Below, piece after piece: positions 7,209-15,343 of a DNA stretch of 15,343 nucleotides. The notes beneath the pieces are model-generated. The model saw only the letters and a program-made list of their open reading frames with translations, ran no database searches and was not told the origin of the DNA. The stretch is from Candidatus Acetothermia bacterium (lineage in GTDB: Bacteria; Bipolaricaulota; Bipolaricaulia; M55B111). How positions within the stretch are numbered: the first letter of the stretch is position 1; each line of letters starts with the position of its first letter. The translations under genes and the position numbers were made by a program. Location: positions 1 to 15,343 of the forward strand of contig JBKGZT010000035.1 in assembly GCA_046543235.1 (NCBI GenBank), given 5' to 3'.

Positions 7209-8204
7209 ATGGATAAAGTCATGGTATTGGGGGCGCCGTTTCTCGACCTGATGGCCGGCTTCCCATTGAAAGAGGCAGGGGTTGACTTATCGTCGGAGGT
7301 AGAGCTGAAACTTTCCCCCGGCGCCCCAGCCTCGAACGTGGTAACGGGACTTCAGCGGCTGGGAACGAATACGGCCATCCTGGGGAGGGCAGGTGACGAC
7401 TGGTTCGGGAATTACCTGAAAAGGGCCTTTCAGGAGGAAGGCGTCGATACCTCTCGGCTCTTTCTGGGAGAGGGTGAATCGACCGGGATCGTATTTCCCG
7501 TTATCGACGGAAACGGTGTTCAGCAGTCCTTCGAGCTAATTAACGAGCCCGCTCAGTTCGATCTCTCCCGCCGTGATATCGAGAACCTTTCGTTTCCCGA
7601 GGACGGTTTCCTCTTCGCGGATGGTGTTCTTTTGATGGAGCATCCCGGAAGAGAAGCGCTGGTCGAAGGGGTAAAACAGGGCCGGGAAGAAGGGATCACG
7701 GTCGTTTTCGACCCGAACTTCCGTCTCCCGGCTTCGGCCCTAAAGAAAGAAGGCGGGCGGGCTCTGGAGCTTATCCTGGAGGCCGCGGATTTCATCCTGC
7801 TAAATGACGAGGAACTCGAAACCCTGAGAAGGTTTTTTGATGAGAAGAGTAGGACTGAAGCAGTAGTGGAGAGACTTCTGGCCTCCGATACTGAGGCGGT
7901 TATCGTAAAAAGAGGCGCTGAAGGCCACGAGGTTATAACCGGAAATGAATCCTTTAACCGAGGGGCTTTTTCCGTCGAAGTCCTCGATACCCAGGGCGCC
8001 GGCGATGCCTTTGATGCGGGTTTTATTGCCGGATTGGCTAAGGGTCTGGATTACCGGCATGCGGCCCTGATCGGCGGTGGTGCAGGAGCTATCGTCTGCA
8101 CGGGGGAAACTGCCTGGGGTCCTCTTCCCGAACTCGATACACTGAGGTTCTTTCTGGAAAGAAAAGGCGAAAAAGAGCTAGCGGAAGCCCTGGAAGCGGG
8201 ATAA
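7209..8204 (+). CDS. PfkB/ribokinase family carbohydrate kinase
   Basis: SNVVTGLQRLG, GRAGDDWFG, EGVDTS, FDPNFR, NDEE, VKRGAEG and the anion-hole motif DTQGAGDAFDAGF. SD GAGGTGA overlaps the upstream stop. Confidence 0.93.
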   Translation: MDKVMVLGAPFLDLMAGFPLKEAGVDLSSEVELKLSPGAPASNVVTGLQRLGTNTAILGRAGDDWFGNYLKRAFQEEGVDTSRLFLGEGESTGIVFPVIDGNGVQQSFELINEPAQFDLSRRDIENLSFPEDGFLFADGVLLMEHPGREALVEGVKQGREEGITVVFDPNFRLPASALKKEGGRALELILEAADFILLNDEELETLRRFFDEKSRTEAVVERLLASDTEAVIVKRGAEGHEVITGNESFNRGAFSVEVLDTQGAGDAFDAGFIAGLAKGLDYRHAALIGGGAGAIVCTGETAWGPLPELDTLRFFLERKGEKELAEALEAG

Positions 8205-8395
8205 TAGTTCTTTTCTATCATTTATAGTCCCTTGAACCTTTCCAGCGGGAGCAGGGCGGGCTCCAATGCTCGACCGAAATTCCGCCATATTGACCTATCG
8301 ATCGAACGCGGGAGCTCGAGCTACTGGAAAAATGGAACTCTTAAGTTCGTCTTGGTCAAATCCGGGAAAGATCTAACATGGTGAAAAGAAATGAG

Positions 8396-8430
8396 AAAAA
8401 AACGCGGTCCAGGTTATTTCCCTGGACCGC
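8396..8430 (-). terminator. Rho-independent terminator of the minus-strand orphan gene (possibly bidirectional)
   Basis: Perfect 10-bp stem GCGGTCCAGG (8404-8413) / CCTGGACCGC (8421-8430) with a 7-nt loop. A7 at 8396-8402 gives a U7 tail on the minus strand. Confidence 0.85.
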
Positions 8431-8475
8431 AACTTGTCAATAAAGTCAGTTTAAACGATTAGCCACCGGACGCGT

Positions 8476-8838
8476 TTAGCTATCGCTAAAAGCCTCCGAG
8501 TTTGCGTCTATATAAATGAGATCGAGAGGGACATTTAGCTTGTTCATTCCCACTTCAAAAATGTCCATGATTTCGTTGGGAACGTACTCCTCCGGCGTCT
8601 CGAATAGCAGGTGTCCCCTGGCAGGATCGAAAGTTCCGTCGTAATTCATTTTGTCGAACCCGATTCCCTTTTTCGGTGGTTCGTCTACAATCTTGGTGGG
8701 CTCGCCGAGCTCTATCCTTGCGGGTTCCTTCATTACCGCCCGTGGATTCGTTATCCTCTCGTCTTCGGCGAAAGCTTCTGTTATACTATCCTCGGTCGGA
8801 GGTTTGCCCAGAACTGTAAATTCTGCTTTGTAATACAT
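8476..8838 (-). CDS. Hypothetical acidic protein (120 aa)
   Basis: ATG start with SD-like AGGGTGTGA, composition like the other soluble proteins here, and a correctly oriented terminator 45 nt downstream. No family recognised. Confidence 0.75.
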   Translation of the reverse strand: MYYKAEFTVLGKPPTEDSITEAFAEDERITNPRAVMKEPARIELGEPTKIVDEPPKKGIGFDKMNYDGTFDPARGHLLFETPEEYVPNEIMDIFEVGMNKLNVPLDLIYIDANSEAFSDS

Positions 8839-9193
8839 GGATATCCGATCACACCCTTTGTCTGATGAAAAAACTTTAGTTCTTCCAGAAAAAGTTAGTA
8901 CTCTGTATGCTGTATGGAAGAAGAAAAACTCGTTTTCGAGGAAAAACTCCAGTTACCGATTATTCAGTACCATCTTGCTCTCGGGCCCCTGGCCGGCTCC
9001 TGTTTATGTACCTTATCGAATACGATCTAAGAAATAACCTTCAAAGAATAACGGATACTTCGTATTAAGGCAATCATTACCATCGGGGTTCCGTTTTGGC
9101 CAGCGGTTACGGCTATTTGCAATCCGGATTTCGATCGCTAAGGTTGTTTTGGGGAGAGAAGTCGAACTACAAAAGTAATAGGAGGTGTAGAAT

Positions 9194-9343
9194 ATGAGCA
9201 ATATCGTGAAAGCCCTTTACAAGGCAGCTAGAACGGCAAACGACGTCTCTAAGGTTGCAAGCGGGAAGCCGAGCCGGATAGCAAAAAGGGCGGTAAATAA
9301 GTCTGTCGGTCGGAGATTGCTTTCGAAGCTGTTCTTTAAATAG
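9194..9343 (+). CDS. Small highly basic protein, 49 aa (not in the ORF track)
   Basis: SD AGGAGGTG at 9180-9187, ATG at 9194, TAG ending at 9343. Translation MSNIVKALYKAARTANDVSKVASGKPSRIAKRAVNKSVGRRLLSKLFFK. Confidence 0.8.
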   Translation: MSNIVKALYKAARTANDVSKVASGKPSRIAKRAVNKSVGRRLLSKLFFK

Positions 9344-9397
9344 GCTGGAGTTTCGAAGGTCAATTAAATAAACAAAACACCACGAAGGAGGTAAATT

Positions 9398-9601
9398 ATG
9401 CCGGACGAACTGTTGTCTCAGACCTTGGTTGGCGATAGCCTGGAGGTTGGAGCGGAGTACCACCCGGAACATGAGATAGTCACGATTCTTTTGAGCTCAC
9501 CGGAACAGTCGACCGCTTTAAACCTGGAACCGGATAAGGACGAGCTGGACAACTTTGTCGAAGCGGTGAACGAGATTCAGGAGGCATATTCCAACAGGTA
9601 G
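9398..9601 (+). CDS. Small highly acidic hypothetical protein (67 aa)
   Basis: Perfect SD AAGGAGGT at 9385-9392, 5 nt before the ATG. 16 D/E versus 2 K/R. Confidence 0.75.
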   Translation: MPDELLSQTLVGDSLEVGAEYHPEHEIVTILLSSPEQSTALNLEPDKDELDNFVEAVNEIQEAYSNR

Positions 9602-9645
9602 GTGGGTGATCGACTCACGACTTTCTACCAAAATTTCTACTGTTT

Positions 9646-9687
9646 ACTTGTCTTTTTCAAGCCCCACCCCTTGGGTGGGGCACTGAC
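9646..9687 (-). mobile_element. Solo palindrome resembling an IS200/IS605-family terminus (remnant); may also act as a terminator
   Basis: Perfect 9-bp stem GCCCCACCC (9661-9669) / GGGTGGGGC (9673-9681). The minus strand reads GTCAGTGCCCCACCCAAGGGGTGGGGCTTGAAAAAGACAAGT, which fits the GTCA-nnn-CCCC..GGGG-CTTG pattern I recall for these element ends. No tnpA, tnpB or iscB is adjacent. Confidence 0.5.
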
Positions 9688-9805
9688 TTTTACTGAATTC
9701 CGGGCCCTGGATTTATAAAGAATAAGAACAAAAGGTAATCCGAACCGGCTTCGGTTTTCCGCTGCTGTGTTTATCGAAACATTCAAGAAGCTTGTATTCC
9801 TATAG

Positions 9806-11665
9806 ATGGGAAAAATTATGTTCGATTTTCTCCTCGGTTTCCGGGACTTTTTTCTCTCCCTGGGAATTACCGTCGACATAGCGGTTGTCTACGGGCTGAT
9901 ACTTGTGGCGGTCTACTTCTTCGTTACCGATCACCTCGCTATTGACATCACTGCTATCCTTCTAATGGTTCTACTGATGATCCTCGAACCATGGACCAAA
10001 ATTTCCCCCGCGGAGGCGATCTCGGGCTTTTCCAACCCGGCTACGATAACCGTTCTGGCCATGTTGATCCTTAGCGGGGGTATGGTAAAGACGGGAGTTG
10101 CGCAGATCATTGGCCGAAAGCTTGCCAAGTTTGCCGGTGAGAACAAGTTCAAACAGTTGTTTGCCACTATTGCTGCCGGCGGACCCATTTCCGGGTTCGT
10201 CAATAATACCCCTGTCGTGGCGATACTGGTTTCGGTAATAACGGACCTGGCACACAAGGGTAAAACTTCTCCGTCCAAATTACTTATCCCTCTTTCTTAT
10301 GCCTCGATGCTCGGCGGAACGCTTACCCTGATCGGGACTTCGACGAACATACTGGCCAGCGAGATATCCGGCCGCCTCCTCGGTCACCCCTTTTCGATGT
10401 TTGAGTTCACCAAGCTAGGAGCGCTGGTGCTGATCGCCGGGGGAACTTATTTGTTGATTCTTGGACCCAGGTTGCTCCCGGATCGGGTTCCTCCGCTGGA
10501 GGATTACGACGAAGAGTACGGGCGCAAAGATTACGTCGCAGAAGTCGTGATCCACGAAGAATCCCCTCTGGTAGGCATGGCTATGGTGGATGTCTCAAAA
10601 TCGGACGAGTTAAACGCGGATATTATCCAGCTCAGACGCGGGGAGGCAGTATTTTCAGAACCCTCGCGAGAAGAGGAACTGCAAAAAGGGGATATCCTCA
10701 GAATAAATACGGACAAAGAGACGCTGGTTGAGGACATACTGGCCAGAGACGAGCTTGTGATGGCCGGAAAGGAAGCAAGAGAAGAGAAAGAGGTTTCGGA
10801 AGAGGCAGGAGAAACCTTGGCCGTGGAGGTAGTAATTCCGCGTGGATCGCCCCTTGAGGGAGATACTCTAAGCAGTTCTACCTTCGAAAAGAGGTTTGAC
10901 GTCACTGTTCTTGCCATCCGGAGCCGGGGAAAGACGATAAGACAGCGCCTTAGCAGGGCAAGGATCCATCCGGGGGACACGCTCCTGGTGGAGGCCTCTC
11001 CGGGTGACATTGATCGCCTCGCACAAAATCCCGGTTACATAGTGGCCCACGAACCCAATGAACCGACTTACAGGACGTCCAGGATACCCCATGCGTTAGT
11101 AATAATACTCGGAGTCGTTTTGCTCGCTTCATTTGGAATTTCCCCCATTCTTCTCTCTGCCCTTGCCGGGGTAGTAGCCATGGTAGTGACCGGTGTACTC
11201 AAACCACACGAAGTCTACGACTCCGTCTCCTGGGACATCATATTTCTTCTCGCCGGAGTAATCCCTCTTGGCATGGCTCTTGAACAGACCGGCGGGGCGG
11301 AGTTGATAGGAGAGGCGATTGCCGCCAGCGCTCGATTTCTACCCTCGGTGGCGGTACTGTGGTTGCTCTACATCACTACAGGGCTGATTACGGGGATGAT
11401 AAGCAACAACGCGAGCGTGGTCCTGCTGATTCCCGTCGCCGTGAACGCCGCCACGCGGCTCGGGGCTAACCCGTTTGCTTTTGTGCTTGCCGTTACCTTT
11501 GCAGCTTCCACGGCCTTTCTAACTCCCGTGGGTTATCAGACGAACCTCTTCGTTTACGGTCCGGGAGGCTACAGGTTTTCCGATTACATCCGTATCGGTC
11601 TACCGCTTCAACTGGTTCTTTCCGTTGTTACGGTCACGGGAATCGTGTTTTTCTGGGGGTTGTAG
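9806..11665 (+). CDS. SLC13/DASS family permease with two TrkA-C domains (anion/dicarboxylate transporter)
   Basis: AISGFSNPA, SGFVNNTPVV, SPSKLLIPLSYASMLGGTLTLIGTSTN, central soluble TrkA-C repeats, ISNNAS, FAASTAFLTPVGYQTNLFVYGPGGYRFSDY. The start may instead be the ATG at 9818. Confidence 0.93.
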   Translation: MGKIMFDFLLGFRDFFLSLGITVDIAVVYGLILVAVYFFVTDHLAIDITAILLMVLLMILEPWTKISPAEAISGFSNPATITVLAMLILSGGMVKTGVAQIIGRKLAKFAGENKFKQLFATIAAGGPISGFVNNTPVVAILVSVITDLAHKGKTSPSKLLIPLSYASMLGGTLTLIGTSTNILASEISGRLLGHPFSMFEFTKLGALVLIAGGTYLLILGPRLLPDRVPPLEDYDEEYGRKDYVAEVVIHEESPLVGMAMVDVSKSDELNADIIQLRRGEAVFSEPSREEELQKGDILRINTDKETLVEDILARDELVMAGKEAREEKEVSEEAGETLAVEVVIPRGSPLEGDTLSSSTFEKRFDVTVLAIRSRGKTIRQRLSRARIHPGDTLLVEASPGDIDRLAQNPGYIVAHEPNEPTYRTSRIPHALVIILGVVLLASFGISPILLSALAGVVAMVVTGVLKPHEVYDSVSWDIIFLLAGVIPLGMALEQTGGAELIGEAIAASARFLPSVAVLWLLYITTGLITGMISNNASVVLLIPVAVNAATRLGANPFAFVLAVTFAASTAFLTPVGYQTNLFVYGPGGYRFSDYIRIGLPLQLVLSVVTVTGIVFFWGL

Positions 11666-11844
11666 GATGACTTAGAACTTTTAGCCGGTAATTGAACTAA
11701 GTTGGGTGAGGTGAAGGAACTGAAATATAAAAGTTTCGCCTTTAAACTCCCTTGCTGGCACCCCGGTCCCGATCAGGGGTCTACCGCCGGTTACCTCTGT
11801 TGAGGTTTTCTCATCTCCCTTTTAACGGAACCTGCCGAGGAGTA

Positions 11845-14019
<2,175 letters not shown>

Positions 14020-14121
14020 TATTATAGGTGAACCGATAGGGCGTTTCGAACGATCGGGGTGGGATATGATCCTGGTAAAAGCAATGAGAAAGGGCCGTGG
14101 CCGGTTTCATGGGTTCTCCCT

Positions 14122-14150
14122 TTGAGATATAGTTCAGTTGTGGATAAAAT
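14122..14150 (+). promoter_or_regulatory. Predicted ligA sigma70 promoter overlapping a consensus DnaA box
   Basis: TTGAGA (14122-14127), 17 nt, TAAAAT (14145-14150). TGTGGATAA (reverse complement of TTATCCACA) lies at 14139-14147. Confidence 0.6.
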
Positions 14151-14166
14151 CGGTTACGGACCTTAA

Positions 14167-15343
<1,177 letters not shown>

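Noticed and set aside
8837..9879. Short track ORFs 8837-9037, 9013-9201, 9167-9472 and 9637-9879
   Set aside because: No convincing SD and non-native composition. Several overlap the better-supported small ORFs or the SLC13 start.
11710..11803. Possible ~30-codon GTG ORF between the SLC13 gene and tex
   Set aside because: The SD-like sequence abuts the start codon, and there is no recognisable similarity.

Overview
Bacterial chromosomal window. Sigma70-type promoters and strong Shine-Dalgarno (SD) sites are visible, and the soluble proteins are Glu/Asp-rich, which hints at a halophile (inference). It opens inside the 3' end of a group II intron (second half of domain V plus a complete domain VI, 1-55). 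Next come a REP-like hairpin and a truncated MFS transporter remnant on the minus strand. A minus-strand DUF2089 + SHOCT-like gene pair has a perfect TTGACA-17-TATAAT promoter. Divergent from it is a six-gene operon: a BMP-family nucleoside-type ABC importer, an ADP-ribosylglycohydrolase and a PfkB kinase, resembling an ABC-fed version of E. coli yegTUV. Further along are a terminated orphan gene, a charge-complementary pair of small proteins (a very basic 49-aa ORF missing from the ORF track and a very acidic 67-aa ORF), a solo IS200/IS605-like palindrome, an SLC13/TrkA-C permease, tex, and the 5' part of ligA. The predicted ligA promoter overlaps a perfect DnaA box. All family calls come from motif recognition by eye; no searches were run.
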